Below are positions 51,288 to 62,020 of a DNA stretch of 64,000 nt, piece after piece. The notes beneath the pieces were generated by a model. That model did not search any database. It was not told where the DNA came from and saw nothing but the letters and a program-made list of their open reading frames with translations. Origin of the DNA: Thermodesulfobacteriota bacterium (GTDB taxonomy: Bacteria > Desulfobacterota > Desulfarculia > JACQYL01); NCBI GenBank assembly GCA_963675595.2, contig CAXXLZ010000002.1, positions 480,001-544,000 of the forward strand. Reading direction: 5' to 3'. Numbering within the stretch: the first letter of the stretch is position 1; every line of letters begins with the position of its first letter. Position numbers and translations under genes: made by a program.

Positions 51288-51522
51288 CCCCCGGACCCCC
51301 TTGTGCGGGCTTCGTCCCGCTGAAGCGTGACGAAGCCGAACCAGGGAATTCCTTTTCCGATTCAGGAGATGGGGGGATCGTTGGAGTTACGCGAGGAGAC
51401 CTATTTCCGCCTCAGCCTCTCCGCCGAAGGCGGCGAGGCCTGTTTGAGGAGCTTTGGATAGGGGTACGGGGGAAGACTTACTCGAAAGTCTTCCCCCGTG
51501 AATGCAAGCGAATGTTTCATAA

Positions 51523-51666
51523 GACGACATCATCGGCATGCGCCACCGACTTGTCCACGCCTATTTCGGCATCAATTTGGACGTCCTTTGGATGACCGTG
51601 CAACACGATCTTCCCGCCTTGGCGGTGCTTTTGGAGCCTGCCATCCCACCCGATGAAGTCCTGTGA
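51523..51666 (+). pseudogene. HEPN/DUF86 toxin, 3' fragment (not in ORF track)
   Basis: Translates DDIIGMRHRLVHAYFGINLDVLWMTVQHDLPALAVLLEPAIPPDEVL*, with the R-x4-H-x-Y motif. Confidence 0.88.
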
Positions 51667-51719
51667 CTGCGGCCGCGACCGACCAAGATGGATTCCACGG
51701 AGCCTTCGCAGCAATTCCG

Positions 51720-52268
51720 CTATGCGGCGCCCTTCTGCAGCAGCTTTTCCACACCCCTGGGCCATTGGGCTTCTTCCACGCGCTGCATGAACGGCGAATC
51801 GTCGGCGTATCGCAAGCAACTGTTCTTCAAATCGGGACGGGCGAAAGTCCAGATCTTGAATAGCTGTTCCTCCGTAATACCCGGAAACATGCCGGTCAAC
51901 TCCGCGCGGGAAACGTGGTACTGAGCCTGGATCAACATGGTGAGTACGGTGCGGAACAGGTCTTTGAGCAGGAGGCAGGTGCCGTTCCTGCCTTCCCGAC
52001 TCAACTGGATTCCGGAAACGGCGTTTTGTCCCAACAGAGATTCTGCCAGTTCACGGGCTTCCGTGCAGAGGGGATCCGGTACGCCCGGCATTTCCAGCTC
52101 CACCTCTTTGATCTTGAGAGACGGATGATTGACCGTCATCCGGATGCGCATGTGGTGCACTTCGTCCTGCATCTCCGCTTCCACCTGAAAATGTCTGCCG
52201 CTCGGCAGCAAATAAACGGCCACATCCTGCTTTCTGTTGGTCACCAACCGACGTTCGGATCCGAGCAT
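51720..52268 (-). CDS. DUF2889-like protein
   Basis: 182 aa from ATG 52268; D..HHM, MP.VP...C, G..C..L, LKNSC; family call from memory. Confidence 0.7.
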   Translation of the reverse strand: MLGSERRLVTNRKQDVAVYLLPSGRHFQVEAEMQDEVHHMRIRMTVNHPSLKIKEVELEMPGVPDPLCTEARELAESLLGQNAVSGIQLSREGRNGTCLLLKDLFRTVLTMLIQAQYHVSRAELTGMFPGITEEQLFKIWTFARPDLKNSCLRYADDSPFMQRVEEAQWPRGVEKLLQKGAA

Positions 52269-52420
52269 TCCTCTTTCTCCTCTGTCATAGTCGTTCAGGA
52301 AACAAAAACTGCGCATGTGTTTACGGGACGAGAGCCGCCTTGGGCGGCTCTTTCATTCACCCGACGAAAGCGTGAAAAAAGCCTCTTCCGAGGCGCGGCG
52401 TACGTGCGGCACGACCCTTT

Positions 52421-53578
52421 TCAGGATTGCGTTTTTTTCGCTCTCTTGCAGAACTCCAGATATTGGGCCTTCAGTTCCGGGATTTTGGGCGGGCATCCGC
52501 GGATAAACGAAAAGCCGTTCTTCTTGGCCAGCTTGGCCGTGCAGTCTCCGATACCGAGGACTTGTCCCGCGCCTTCGGGCACACCCGGGAGCGCGCCCAT
52601 AACCACGTCCTTGCGGACGGACAGACCGCCGATCTTCATCACCTTCAACATGAACGGCAGATTGGACAGTGTCGGCGCATAGGCGATGGATGCGGATACC
52701 GCACACAAAGAACAGACCGTTTCGTCGAAATGAGAATAGACGTTGTTCTTGATCCACGGAGAAGGGTCGGGCCTCTTGAACGGCGTCACACATTGTTCGA
52801 TATTTTCGCCGACCACCGTGTAGTCCCCGAACTCCGGCAGATGAGGAATTTCCGATGGGGAAAATCCCATGATGCGGGCGGCGGCGTTGTCTATCGCATA
52901 GATATTCCGGGATCCGAGGATCAGATTCGTTCCCTTCTTGGTGATGCCCGGGGGAATGGGGCCGTTTCCTTCCACGGAAAGAATGCCGTCGATGAGGTTG
53001 AGGTCCGGCCGCACCGTCTCCGACAGGGCCCGGATGCAATCGTGCAGGTCCATCCTGCGATGGAAATCCTGCTTGACCTTTTTCCGGAGCAGACCCTTCT
53101 GGTTCTTGATGCACAGGGTCACCGTGGCCTGGGCGTGGGTTTTGAGCTTGGCGACGTTGATGTATTCATGGGTTTCCAGCAACTCGGGGAGATCGAGTTC
53201 GCCGTGCGCCCAGGAAAACTTTTTCCTGGGCAACTCGTCCAAACTCACCAACCGTACGCCGTAACGATCGGCAAACGAGCGGTATTTGGATTTTTCGAGC
53301 ACGTTTTCCCAGTGATCATGAACCGCGCAACCGTCTCCCACCACGATTTCGCTTCGCGGATAACGCTCTCTGAAGATGCGGACCAGGGCTTCCACAAAAG
53401 AAGGATGCGTAATATATCCGGTATTGGGGGCATAACTTCCCACCAGATTCGGCTTGATGAAAATGTTTTCTTTTTTCGGAGCGTATTCAAGATACTCCAG
53501 AATCTTGTTCAACCGATCATAGACATTCTTGTACGTGCTTCGCACCAGGGCAACCCGCGTTTCTCCGTCGTTGGACAT
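52421..53578 (-). CDS. DUF362-family Fe-S protein with Cys-rich C-terminal domain
   Basis: IKPNLV, THP, KLKTH, T.CIKNQKG, DGI..VEGNGP; C-terminal CSLC...GDC...GCPP. Confidence 0.88.
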   Translation of the reverse strand: MSNDGETRVALVRSTYKNVYDRLNKILEYLEYAPKKENIFIKPNLVGSYAPNTGYITHPSFVEALVRIFRERYPRSEIVVGDGCAVHDHWENVLEKSKYRSFADRYGVRLVSLDELPRKKFSWAHGELDLPELLETHEYINVAKLKTHAQATVTLCIKNQKGLLRKKVKQDFHRRMDLHDCIRALSETVRPDLNLIDGILSVEGNGPIPPGITKKGTNLILGSRNIYAIDNAAARIMGFSPSEIPHLPEFGDYTVVGENIEQCVTPFKRPDPSPWIKNNVYSHFDETVCSLCAVSASIAYAPTLSNLPFMLKVMKIGGLSVRKDVVMGALPGVPEGAGQVLGIGDCTAKLAKKNGFSFIRGCPPKIPELKAQYLEFCKRAKKTQS

Positions 53579-53668
53579 GTCCTCTCCCACTCAAAACTTT
53601 CCGGATGTGATTGGGGCAAACCGAGTCGAAGCCTCGGTTGTGACGAATCGGCCATTCCACGAGTGCCT

Positions 53669-53733
53669 ATAGTACGGCTTGCGCTGAATGAATAAAAGAG
53701 GCATTAATGACATAAAGAATGCGGAAACGGCCA
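53669..53733 (-). promoter_or_regulatory. Putative AraC/GlxA-activated promoter of the DUF362 operon
   Basis: Minus strand TGGCC...TGTCA half-sites 21 bp apart, then -10-like TACTAT. Confidence 0.5.
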
Positions 53734-53752
53734 TACCGAAACGGAGGCATCC

Positions 53753-54766
53753 ATGACTCGAATCACCCTGCTGGCGGAACCTGATTGCGTGTTCTCCGGG
53801 TTGTCCGCCGCCGTCGAATTCTTCAAACTCTGCAATCTCTATTTGTCCTACCCGAACATCGAAACGCCCCAAACCCACTTTCGTGCCGAAATCGTGACTT
53901 CCAAGGGACGGGAGGTGCCGTCGTTCGGGGGCATTCCCATTCCGGCTTCCGGGTCCATCCAAGACGTGCGACAAACGGATCTCATTCTGATCCCGTCCTT
54001 TCAACCGACCCTGGAGCTTCTGTATGAGATATCCCGGGACGTGTTGGAATGGATTCGATACCACTACGAACGTGGAGCCAGGATCGGGGCCGTGAGCGCC
54101 GGCGCCTTCCTGCTGGCGGAGACGGGCCTGCTCAACGGAAGGATCGCCACCACCAACTGGCTCTTTCTCAGACAATTCAAGACCCGGTATCCGGAGATCA
54201 AGCTGAAACCACAGCGAATCATCACGGAAGACAAAGGGTTGATCTGCACCTCGTCCAACAACTATACCGCCGACCTCTGCGCCTATTTTCTCCGGAACGT
54301 CGGCTATCAGGAGTTGGCCGCACAATTTTCCAAGGGTATGATGCTCCACCCCAACTGGGATCAGGAGTCTCCATGGACCATTTTCGAGGTCCAGAAAAAA
54401 CACCATGATCACAAGATCCTTGAGGCTCAGCAATGGATGGAGGACAACTATTCCCGAATCCGATCCATCGACGCCGTTGCCGACCGTTGTTCCATAAGTC
54501 CGCGTCACTTCAAACGGCGCTTCAAAGAAGCCACAGGGGATTCTCCTCTGAACTATCTGCAACGGCTTCGTCTGGAAGTCGCCAAATACAGGCTCGAAAC
54601 CACGAGGGACGCCTTTCACGACATCACCTGGCTCGTCGGGTACGAGGACATGAACTCTTTCCGAAGGTTGTTCAGGAAACATACCGGTTTGTCGCCCAAA
54701 GAATACCGAATGAGGTTTTCCAACATTATCGACAGCCCCCCTTTCGGATCGGGGGACTCATGGTGA
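53753..54766 (+). CDS. GlxA-family AraC regulator (DJ-1-like domain plus HTH)
   Basis: GAFLLAETGLLNGR.ATT.W; SPRHFKRRFK, VGYED..SFRRLF....GLSP..YR. Confidence 0.93.
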   Translation: MTRITLLAEPDCVFSGLSAAVEFFKLCNLYLSYPNIETPQTHFRAEIVTSKGREVPSFGGIPIPASGSIQDVRQTDLILIPSFQPTLELLYEISRDVLEWIRYHYERGARIGAVSAGAFLLAETGLLNGRIATTNWLFLRQFKTRYPEIKLKPQRIITEDKGLICTSSNNYTADLCAYFLRNVGYQELAAQFSKGMMLHPNWDQESPWTIFEVQKKHHDHKILEAQQWMEDNYSRIRSIDAVADRCSISPRHFKRRFKEATGDSPLNYLQRLRLEVAKYRLETTRDAFHDITWLVGYEDMNSFRRLFRKHTGLSPKEYRMRFSNIIDSPPFGSGDSW

Positions 54767-55079
54767 GCATTCAGAGGGTATCCGAGGGATACCCTCCAAA
54801 CTTCTTGCGGTATTTTGATGAGTTGTACGGTACATACTGCGCGTCTCGCGAATTCCGTAGGCGATTCGCAGGAGCGAAACGGGGTCCGTCCCTTTCGGGG
54901 GGAGGCCGAACTTGGGAGCTTCCTTGCCGGTTCAGCGGATGTAAAGACCGTTGGGAATGAGCGAGGAATCCTGATTCTTCCTCAGCCTCTTCGCCGAAGG
55001 CGGTGAGGCCCGTCCAACGTGCTTTGGGAGGGAGTTCCGGGGAGGACTTTCGGGAAAGCCCTCCCCCGTGAATGCTTAC
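54763..55079. mobile_element. Family B MITE-like element, apparently full length (317 bp)
   Basis: TIR GTGAGCATTCAG / GTGAATGCTTAC (10/12); several internal hairpins; overlaps the AraC stop codon. Confidence 0.7.
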
Positions 55080-55269
55080 GACTTGTGAGCAAACTACCGG
55101 GAACGGTCGATCCCGGCCGGAGATTCCGCGCCCGCGCGTCCGATTCCACAATCGAGTACGAGACCCATTGCGCTTGGGCGCACTTCGTGCGAGAATTTTC
55201 CAGCGCCTTAATGACGCCTTTGCTCAAGAACCGTCCCCACCGAATCATCCAATGGAAGGAGTAAACGTT

Positions 55270-55896
55270 ATGCGAATGAAACCATGGTATCCGTGCCTGA
55301 TCCTCCTTGTAGCCCTGGCCTTTGTATCCTGTGCCGCCGCCCCACCCAAGCTCCCCGTGGACAAGCATTCGGTGCCGGCCGGTTCCCAGGTCACCTTCAA
55401 GGGGAAAACCTTTCGCCTGCTTGGAGACCCCGTCTCCGTGGGAGACCCCCTACCCTCCTCCTTGCTCGTGGAATCCAAGGATATGAGTTCCGTGGACCTG
55501 TCCAAGATAAGGGACCGGGTGCTCTTTCTCAGCATCGTCCCTTCCATCGACACCAAGGTGTGTGAAGCTCAGACCCATGTGCTCGCGGAAGAAGGGGACG
55601 AAATGTCGAATATCGTGGAGCGCATTACCGTCAGCCGGGATACCCCCTTCGCTCAAATGCGGTTTGCCGAAGCGGCCGGTCTGGATGATGTTCGATACCT
55701 CTCGGACTACAAACAAGGGACTTTCGGCCGTTCCCTGGGCCTTCTGACCGACGATCTGATGCTGCTCGCACGCGCCGTAGTGCTTGTGGACAAATGGGGC
55801 ATTGTCCGCTACATTCAGGTAGTGCCCGAAATGACCCACCTTCCCGACATGGACGCCGCATTTAAGAAAGCCGCCGAGCTGGCCGTGGAGAAATAG
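55270..55896 (+). CDS. tpx: Thiol peroxidase (Tpx-like) with lipoprotein signal
   Basis: VTFKG, PSIDTKVC peroxidatic motif, S.DTPFAQ.RF, LLARAV, lipobox-like FVSC. Confidence 0.88.
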   Translation: MRMKPWYPCLILLVALAFVSCAAAPPKLPVDKHSVPAGSQVTFKGKTFRLLGDPVSVGDPLPSSLLVESKDMSSVDLSKIRDRVLFLSIVPSIDTKVCEAQTHVLAEEGDEMSNIVERITVSRDTPFAQMRFAEAAGLDDVRYLSDYKQGTFGRSLGLLTDDLMLLARAVVLVDKWGIVRYIQVVPEMTHLPDMDAAFKKAAELAVEK

Positions 55897-55904
55897 TCGT
55901 TATT

Positions 55905-55975
55905 CGGGCTCAACGGGGAAATCCTTCCGACGAAGGGTTTCCCGAGCCTTCCCCAAATTGGGGACCCCCGCCTGC
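55905..55975. repeat. Family B partial copy (reverse orientation)
   Basis: ACGGGGGAAATCCTTCCGACGAAGGGTTTCCCGAGCCTTCCCCAAA resembles the reverse complement of the family B right end. Confidence 0.5.
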
Positions 55976-56022
55976 GCTCTTCCGCAGTCGTGCCTGGAAC
56001 CTTTCACCGAGGGAGGTTTCTC

Positions 56023-56856
56023 GTGAGACAACACCTCATGCGACTCGCGCTTCTATCCCTGGTCTTAGCGGCGGCGGCATGCGCCCGCCCCGATCACAAT
56101 TCCCTGAACAGCACATTGTGGGTGCAGACTTCCGCCGAATACCGGGCCGTTGCCTTTGAAACCTATCAAACGGCCTGCGACAAGTTGGATGCGGCACTCC
56201 AGGACCGCACACGGACCGCGGCCGTCGAGCAGACGAACGACTATGAAACCCTGCCTCCGGCGGTGGTTCTGGATATCGATGAAACCGTACTGGACAATTC
56301 CGCCTATGAGGCCCGCCTCATCCTGAATCACACGGAATGGAACCCCCGCACTTGGGATGCCTGGATCGCACGCGCGGAGGCTTCCGCCGTTCCGGGCGCG
56401 CTCGAGTTCATCCGGGCGGCCAAGGAAAAAGGCGTCTCCGTGGTGTATATCACCAACAGGGAATGTTCCGAGCGACCGGAGGATTCCTCCCCGTGCCCGC
56501 AGGAGCGAGATACCCTGGAGAACCTGCGCAAGCTGGGGTTTCCCGAACCGGGTCCCGACGACGATATGCTTCTGCAAAACGAACGGGCCGAATGGACCTC
56601 GGAGAAGCAGTCAAGACGCGCCTATGCGGCTGAGACGCATCGGATCCTCATGCTTCTCGGCGACGACCTCGGCGATTTCCTGCCCAACGTCAAAAAGAAC
56701 GTCACCATGGAACAGCGAGCCCGATTGGTGGACGAGTACCGCGCATACTGGGGAGACCGATGGTTCATCCTGCCCAACCCCATGTACGGCTCCTGGGACA
56801 AGATATTGACCGGCTGCAAGGCCCGATATCTTCGAGGATACGATCAACCTGAATAA
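56023..56856 (+). CDS. Class C acid phosphatase / 5'-nucleotidase lipoprotein, e(P4) family
   Basis: Lipobox AAAC, W.QTSAEY, DIDETVLDNS, ITNR, GDDLGDF, LPNPMYGSW; GGAGG RBS before GTG. Confidence 0.93.
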   Translation: MRQHLMRLALLSLVLAAAACARPDHNSLNSTLWVQTSAEYRAVAFETYQTACDKLDAALQDRTRTAAVEQTNDYETLPPAVVLDIDETVLDNSAYEARLILNHTEWNPRTWDAWIARAEASAVPGALEFIRAAKEKGVSVVYITNRECSERPEDSSPCPQERDTLENLRKLGFPEPGPDDDMLLQNERAEWTSEKQSRRAYAAETHRILMLLGDDLGDFLPNVKKNVTMEQRARLVDEYRAYWGDRWFILPNPMYGSWDKILTGCKARYLRGYDQPE

Positions 56857-56871
56857 CATGGGCGGACCTTA

Positions 56872-57021
56872 GGAACCCTTTGAAAAAATTGGATGATTGC
56901 AGACCGTTGAAAAGCGATGACATGCAGGGCGGACAAGTCCCGACGAAGGGCGTACCTATAGACACTTTGCAGTGACGAGAAATGAAGCGCAACGCCGCGG
57001 TTCGCGTTTTTCAGCGGTCTG
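56872..57021. repeat. Family A element, copy 5 (diverged)
   Basis: GACCGTTGAAAAGCGATGACATGCAGGGCG...GCAGTGACGAG..ATGAAGCGCAACGCCGC...TTTTTCAGCGGTCTG. Confidence 0.8.
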
Positions 57022-57063
57022 TTGGGAACCGCGGAAACGAAACAAAGCTAGGGCGGGGGTACC

Positions 57064-60000
57064 ATGCGATCGTCCGGGAAGACCGTTGCGGCGCTTGCCG
57101 CCGCCGTTTGGATCGGAATCACGGCCGTGTCCGGGGATTTGACCAAAGGGTGGGCCAAAGGGCCCCCAAAGCCTCCGTCAATGAGCCGTGCTCCTTCCGA
57201 CCCTCGGCATGAGGCAATCCGTCCCGAACGCGACACCATCCCGTGGCCGGCGGACCGTCATTTCCCCAACGCCTCCGCGCTCCCATCGGCCCACTCGACG
57301 CTTTCGCCCCCCACTGCAAGCGCAACGCTCCACGATCCACGGAACGCCTGCTTCGTCTTTATCAGCTTCATCCCTCCCCCGAAAGCCCCCGGAAGCCCGT
57401 CAACTCGCACATTGCGTTCCATCGAGGCGGAAATCGCACCCACAGCCCGCATCCAAACGCTCTTCTCGAACCTGATCTCTTCCCGGAAAAAGCCGCTCAT
57501 CACCGTACTCGGCCCCATCGGCCCGCAAGACGCCAAGGGCGCCCCTGCGGAAGGGGCTCCGGCCCACTTCAGCCTTGATGATCCCGGCAAGCGCTCCCGC
57601 CGGCACGGATCACCTTTGCGCCCGGTCCATCTTCTGATCGTCCTTCTGGAATTCCTGGGATTGGGCGCGGGATACCGACTCGCAGGCTCGATCCTGGACA
57701 AAAAGGAGACATTGAACACCCTGAATAGCCTGCTCGAAACCTTGCCGATCCCCATGTTCTACAAAGACACGCAAGGCAGATATCTCGGGTGCAATCGGGC
57801 CTTCGAAACCTTCACAGGCAGGTCGAGGGAAGAAATCGTCGGGAAAACCGTATTCGAGGTAGCGCCGCCCGAGCTGGCCAAAAAATACCGCGCCATGGAT
57901 TTGGCCCTGCTTCAAGAGCCCGGAACACAGGCGTATGAAACCCAATTGCAGGACGCCCGCGGCGAATTCCACCAGGTGATTTTCCACAAAGCCGGTCTGT
58001 TGGACGCCCAGGGCAACATCATGGGACTCATCGGCGCGGTTTTCGACATCACCCAACGCAAGGAGGCCGAGGAAAAGCTCAGAGCCTCGCATCACAGGCT
58101 TCATCAGATCATCGAATTTCTGCCGGACCCCACGTTCGTCATCGACAAAGAGGGCCGCGTGGTGGCTTGGAATCGAGCCATTGAAGAGCTGACCGGTGTC
58201 AGGGCCGAGGACATGCTGGGCAAGGGAAATTACGAGTACGCCATCCCGTTTTACAGAAGACGCCGACCCGTCATGATCGATCTGGTAATATCCGACGACC
58301 ACTCCCTGGACCACATGTATGCCTATGTGACACGGGACGAGGGGCATTATGAATCCGAATCCTTCATTCCTCATCTGAGACCCGGGGGCGCTTATCTCTA
58401 TAATACGGCCAGGGCCCTCTATGACGCCGAGGGGAACCTGATGGGGGCCATCGAATCGATCCGGGACATCACCGAACAGAAAAGAGCCCATGCGGCCTTG
58501 GAGGAATCCCGAAGACAACTTGCCGAAATCATAGACGCCTTGCCGGATCCCTGTTTCGTCATCGATGCGGGGGGGCGGGTTGCCGCCTGGAACCGCGCCA
58601 TGGAAGACCTCACCGGCATCGGCGCCGAATCCATGATCGGAAAAGGCGACTACGAATACAGTCTTCCTTTCTACGGCGAACGGAGGCCCATCCTCATTGA
58701 TCTGGCCTTATCGCGTCACGAAGACTATCAAGACAAATACATCTCAATTACCAGGAGAGAGGATGGGGTGCTGGCCTCCGAGTCTTTTCATCCCAACCTT
58801 AAAGGGGGCATCTACCTGGCGGGCACGGCCCGAGTACTCCGGAACGCCCGTGGACAGACTCAATGGGCCATTGAAAGCCTCCGGGACATCACCTCGGTCA
58901 AGCAGGCCGAAATCGCCACGGAGGCTGCGCGAAAGGCGGCGGAGGAGGCCGACCGCGCCAAAGGTGATTTCCTGGCCAACATGAGCCACGAGATTCGCAC
59001 GCCCCTCAACGGGGTCATCGGCATGACAACGCTTCTCCTGGATTCGGATCTCACCGACCGTCAACGGCGTTGCGCCGAGATTGTGCGTAACAGCGGGGAA
59101 AGCCTCCTCCACATCATCAACGACATCCTGGATTTTTCCAAAATCGAAGCCGGCAAGCTGGAATTCGAGAAAATCGATTTCGATCTTTACAGCCTCATGG
59201 ACGATTTCGGCGCTACCTTCTCGGTCCGCGCCCACGAGAAAAATCTGGAACTGATCTGCGGCATCGACCCCGATGTACCGGCGCTGCTTCGAGGAGATCC
59301 CGGACGCCTCCGACAGATACTGACCAACCTCACCGGCAACGCCGTCAAATTCACCGAAAAAGGCGAGGTAGCCCTACAGGTTTCAGTTGAAAGAGACCGC
59401 GGCGAATCCCTCGTCTTGGGTTTCACGGTTCAAGACACCGGAATCGGCATTCCGAAAGACAGGGTGGTGTCGATTTTCGAGAAGTTCACTCAGGCCGATG
59501 CCGGCACCACGCGCCGGTACGGGGGTACGGGTCTGGGGCTCTCCATTGTCAAGCAACTGGTGGAACACATGGGAGGGCGAATCTGGGTGGAAAGCGAGGA
59601 GGGTCGTGGATCCATTTTCCGCTTCACCCTGCCTTTTTCCAGGCAACCCGAAGAAACCGGATTCACCCTGTTTCCCTCGGCGGATATCCGAGAACTCCGG
59701 GTTCTGGTCGTGGACGATAATGCCACCAATCGTGAAATCCTCACACGGCGCTTGGCCGCATGGGGGATGCGCCCCTCGGGAGCGATGGACGGCCCTACCG
59801 GTCTCGAAGCCCTTTCGCGTGCTCACGAAGAAGGAGACCCGTTCCACATCGTTCTGGTGGATATGCAAATGCCGGGTATGGACGGAGCGGACTTCTGCCG
59901 GGCCGCGAAGGCTCGCCCCCACCTACGAGAGATTCCTCTGGTTCTTCTGGCTTCTCTTGGCGTACGGGGCGAGGCGCGCAAGGTCCGGGAATTGGGTTTC

Positions 60001-60951
60001 GCGGCCTATCTGACCAAACCGGTAAGCCACTCCGACCTTTTTGAAGTGTTGAGTCAACTCCTCAGCGGCAAAGACTTCACAGCCGAATCCTTGATCACAC
60101 GCCACACGGTGCGGGAACTCAGGCGTTTGAAGAAGGCGGTGGGGGCACGCATCCTCGTGGTGGAGGACAACGCCACCAACAGGGAAGTGGTCCTGGGCAT
60201 CCTCGAAAAACTGGGACTCTCGGTTGACGCCGCGGAAAACGGCCTGGAAGCTCTGGAACATGTCAAATCCGCGCCTTATGATCTCGTCCTGATGGACGTA
60301 CAAATGCCCCTTATGGACGGACTCACGGCCACGCGCAAAATTCGGGAATCGGATTTCGATCAAAAAGACCTGCCCATCATCGCCATGACCGCACACGCCT
60401 TTTCCGCCGATCGCGAAAAATGCCTGGAAGCGGGAATGACCGATTATATCTCCAAACCGGTTTCGCCGCGGGGGTTGGCGGAGGTTCTGAGCCGTTGGCT
60501 GCCGGGCGGCCCCGATGTCGAAGCGCCGGATCCGGGCCCGACGCCGAGCGACACGACCCGAACGCTTGATTCATCCCCCGACCCTGCGATTTTCGATCCG
60601 ACCACTTTCATGGAACGGGTGCTGGATGATGAAACCCTCGGAAGGCGGGTCATCGACGCGTTTCTGGACGATATGCCTCGACGGATGGAAGCTCTGAAAG
60701 AATCCATCGAGAAGAAAGACGCCGAGGAAACGGCAAGGCGAGCCCATACCATCAAAGGGGCCGCATCCAACGTTTGTGCTGAAACCGCGGTCTCCCCGGC
60801 CGCAAGGATTGAACAGGCCGCAGAGGCTGAAGACTGGCCGTCGGTGGAATCCCTTGTTGTTCGTCTGGAAGCCGCTCATAAAACCGTTAGGGAAGCCTTG
60901 GAAGCCTTTCTCAGGGAACTGGAAGACCAACCAAAGGGAAAAGATTCATGA
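57064..60951 (+). CDS. Hybrid sensor kinase: 3xPAS-HisKA-HATPase-2xREC-HPt
   Basis: [18 protein letters not shown], two receivers (VDMQMP, MDVQMP), HPt AHTIKGAA; N-terminal start uncertain. Confidence 0.93.
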   Translation: MRSSGKTVAALAAAVWIGITAVSGDLTKGWAKGPPKPPSMSRAPSDPRHEAIRPERDTIPWPADRHFPNASALPSAHSTLSPPTASATLHDPRNACFVFISFIPPPKAPGSPSTRTLRSIEAEIAPTARIQTLFSNLISSRKKPLITVLGPIGPQDAKGAPAEGAPAHFSLDDPGKRSRRHGSPLRPVHLLIVLLEFLGLGAGYRLAGSILDKKETLNTLNSLLETLPIPMFYKDTQGRYLGCNRAFETFTGRSREEIVGKTVFEVAPPELAKKYRAMDLALLQEPGTQAYETQLQDARGEFHQVIFHKAGLLDAQGNIMGLIGAVFDITQRKEAEEKLRASHHRLHQIIEFLPDPTFVIDKEGRVVAWNRAIEELTGVRAEDMLGKGNYEYAIPFYRRRRPVMIDLVISDDHSLDHMYAYVTRDEGHYESESFIPHLRPGGAYLYNTARALYDAEGNLMGAIESIRDITEQKRAHAALEESRRQLAEIIDALPDPCFVIDAGGRVAAWNRAMEDLTGIGAESMIGKGDYEYSLPFYGERRPILIDLALSRHEDYQDKYISITRREDGVLASESFHPNLKGGIYLAGTARVLRNARGQTQWAIESLRDITSVKQAEIATEAARKAAEEADRAKGDFLANMSHEIRTPLNGVIGMTTLLLDSDLTDRQRRCAEIVRNSGESLLHIINDILDFSKIEAGKLEFEKIDFDLYSLMDDFGATFSVRAHEKNLELICGIDPDVPALLRGDPGRLRQILTNLTGNAVKFTEKGEVALQVSVERDRGESLVLGFTVQDTGIGIPKDRVVSIFEKFTQADAGTTRRYGGTGLGLSIVKQLVEHMGGRIWVESEEGRGSIFRFTLPFSRQPEETGFTLFPSADIRELRVLVVDDNATNREILTRRLAAWGMRPSGAMDGPTGLEALSRAHEEGDPFHIVLVDMQMPGMDGADFCRAAKARPHLREIPLVLLASLGVRGEARKVRELGFAAYLTKPVSHSDLFEVLSQLLSGKDFTAESLITRHTVRELRRLKKAVGARILVVEDNATNREVVLGILEKLGLSVDAAENGLEALEHVKSAPYDLVLMDVQMPLMDGLTATRKIRESDFDQKDLPIIAMTAHAFSADREKCLEAGMTDYISKPVSPRGLAEVLSRWLPGGPDVEAPDPGPTPSDTTRTLDSSPDPAIFDPTTFMERVLDDETLGRRVIDAFLDDMPRRMEALKESIEKKDAEETARRAHTIKGAASNVCAETAVSPAARIEQAAEAEDWPSVESLVVRLEAAHKTVREALEAFLRELEDQPKGKDS

Positions 60952-61559
60952 GAGTGCTGATCGCCGAAGATGATTCGACTTCCCGGGTCCTGCTCAGCGG
61001 GGCATTGGAGAAATGGGGATACGATCCCCTGGAAACCGCCGACGGCAACACGGCCTGGAGCATCTTGTGCCGGCCGGACGCTCCTTCCCTGGCTATCCTG
61101 GATTGGATCATGCCCAGGATGGACGGCATGGAGGTGTTACGCCGCGTCCGGGAGCTCGATACGGAGAACCCTCCTTATATCGTAATCCTGACCAGCAAGA
61201 AGGGGAAGAAAGATATTATCGCCGCGCTGGACGCCGGAGCCAACGATTACCTGATCAAACCCTTCGATCCTGATGAGCTTCGCGCCCGTGTCCAGGTGGG
61301 GCGCAGGATGATCGAGCTGCAAGAGGCCCTTACCGCCAAGATTACGGAACTGCGCCGAGCCCTCGATCAAATCAGAACCCTCCGAGGCATCGTGCCCATC
61401 TGTATGAGCTGCAAGAAGATTCGCGACGATCAGGGCTATTGGAAGCAGGTGGAAGCCTACGTGCGGGACCACACGGAGGCCGAGTTCAGCCACGGCCTCT
61501 GTCCGGAGTGCATGAAAAACATGTATCCCGATTTTGATCCGAACCGCTCCAAAGAATAG
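60948..61559 (+). CDS. Response regulator with C-terminal Cys4 motif
   Basis: LIAEDD, LDWIMP, KPF; tail PICMSCKKIRDD.GYW...FSHGLCPEC; ATGA overlap with the kinase. Confidence 0.92.
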   Translation: MRVLIAEDDSTSRVLLSGALEKWGYDPLETADGNTAWSILCRPDAPSLAILDWIMPRMDGMEVLRRVRELDTENPPYIVILTSKKGKKDIIAALDAGANDYLIKPFDPDELRARVQVGRRMIELQEALTAKITELRRALDQIRTLRGIVPICMSCKKIRDDQGYWKQVEAYVRDHTEAEFSHGLCPECMKNMYPDFDPNRSKE

Positions 61560-61886
61560 CCCAAACCCAAGTCCGGAAGGCCCCTTCCGTTCCCCTTCCG
61601 CCTGGGAGAAGCGAAGCGCACCCCGAATCCACCGCAGGACGAACATCACCGTAACCGATCCAACCCTCTGATTCCGCATCGTTATTTCCCATTTGACATG
61701 CCCGTACATCCGGGAGATAAACGCGTTTTGATAAACCAAATCCGCCCAGAGGCATTTATGATCGACGTCTTCGGCTTTATCTGACGCCTGTTACTTGGCC
61801 GACCGGGTTTGTCGGTCGAAACTCACAAGCCGAAATCCCGCACAACCCGCCTTCGACCCTTCAGTACCAGGCAGGAACAACCCTAG

Positions 61887-62020
61887 TAGACCGTTGAAGG
61901 ACGCCGCTTGCGTCGCTGTGACGTACTTTTTCCAAGTACGCCTCAGTTTTCGGAATTTGTGGGCCTCGCATATCGTCGTTTTTCGATAATCCGCCGGCAT
62001 CCGATCTTTTCAACGGCCTG
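61887..62020. repeat. Family A element, copy 6 (diverged)
   Basis: AGACCGTTGAAGG...CGTAC-loop-GTACG...TCGTCGTTTTTC...TTTTCAACGGCCTG. Confidence 0.7.

Larger units (their letters stand above)
49857..51509. mobile_element. Family B MITE-like element inserted in the HEPN gene, itself interrupted by an IS
   Basis: Degenerate ends GTACCTGTTCAC ... GTGAATGCAAGC; right part matches 54980-55079; about 257 bp after removing the IS and one target copy. Confidence 0.7.

Noticed and set aside
2220-62020. Recurrent repeats as a possible CRISPR or integron attC array
   Set aside because: Copies are dispersed, long and in both orientations, with no regular spacers and no cas or integrase gene.
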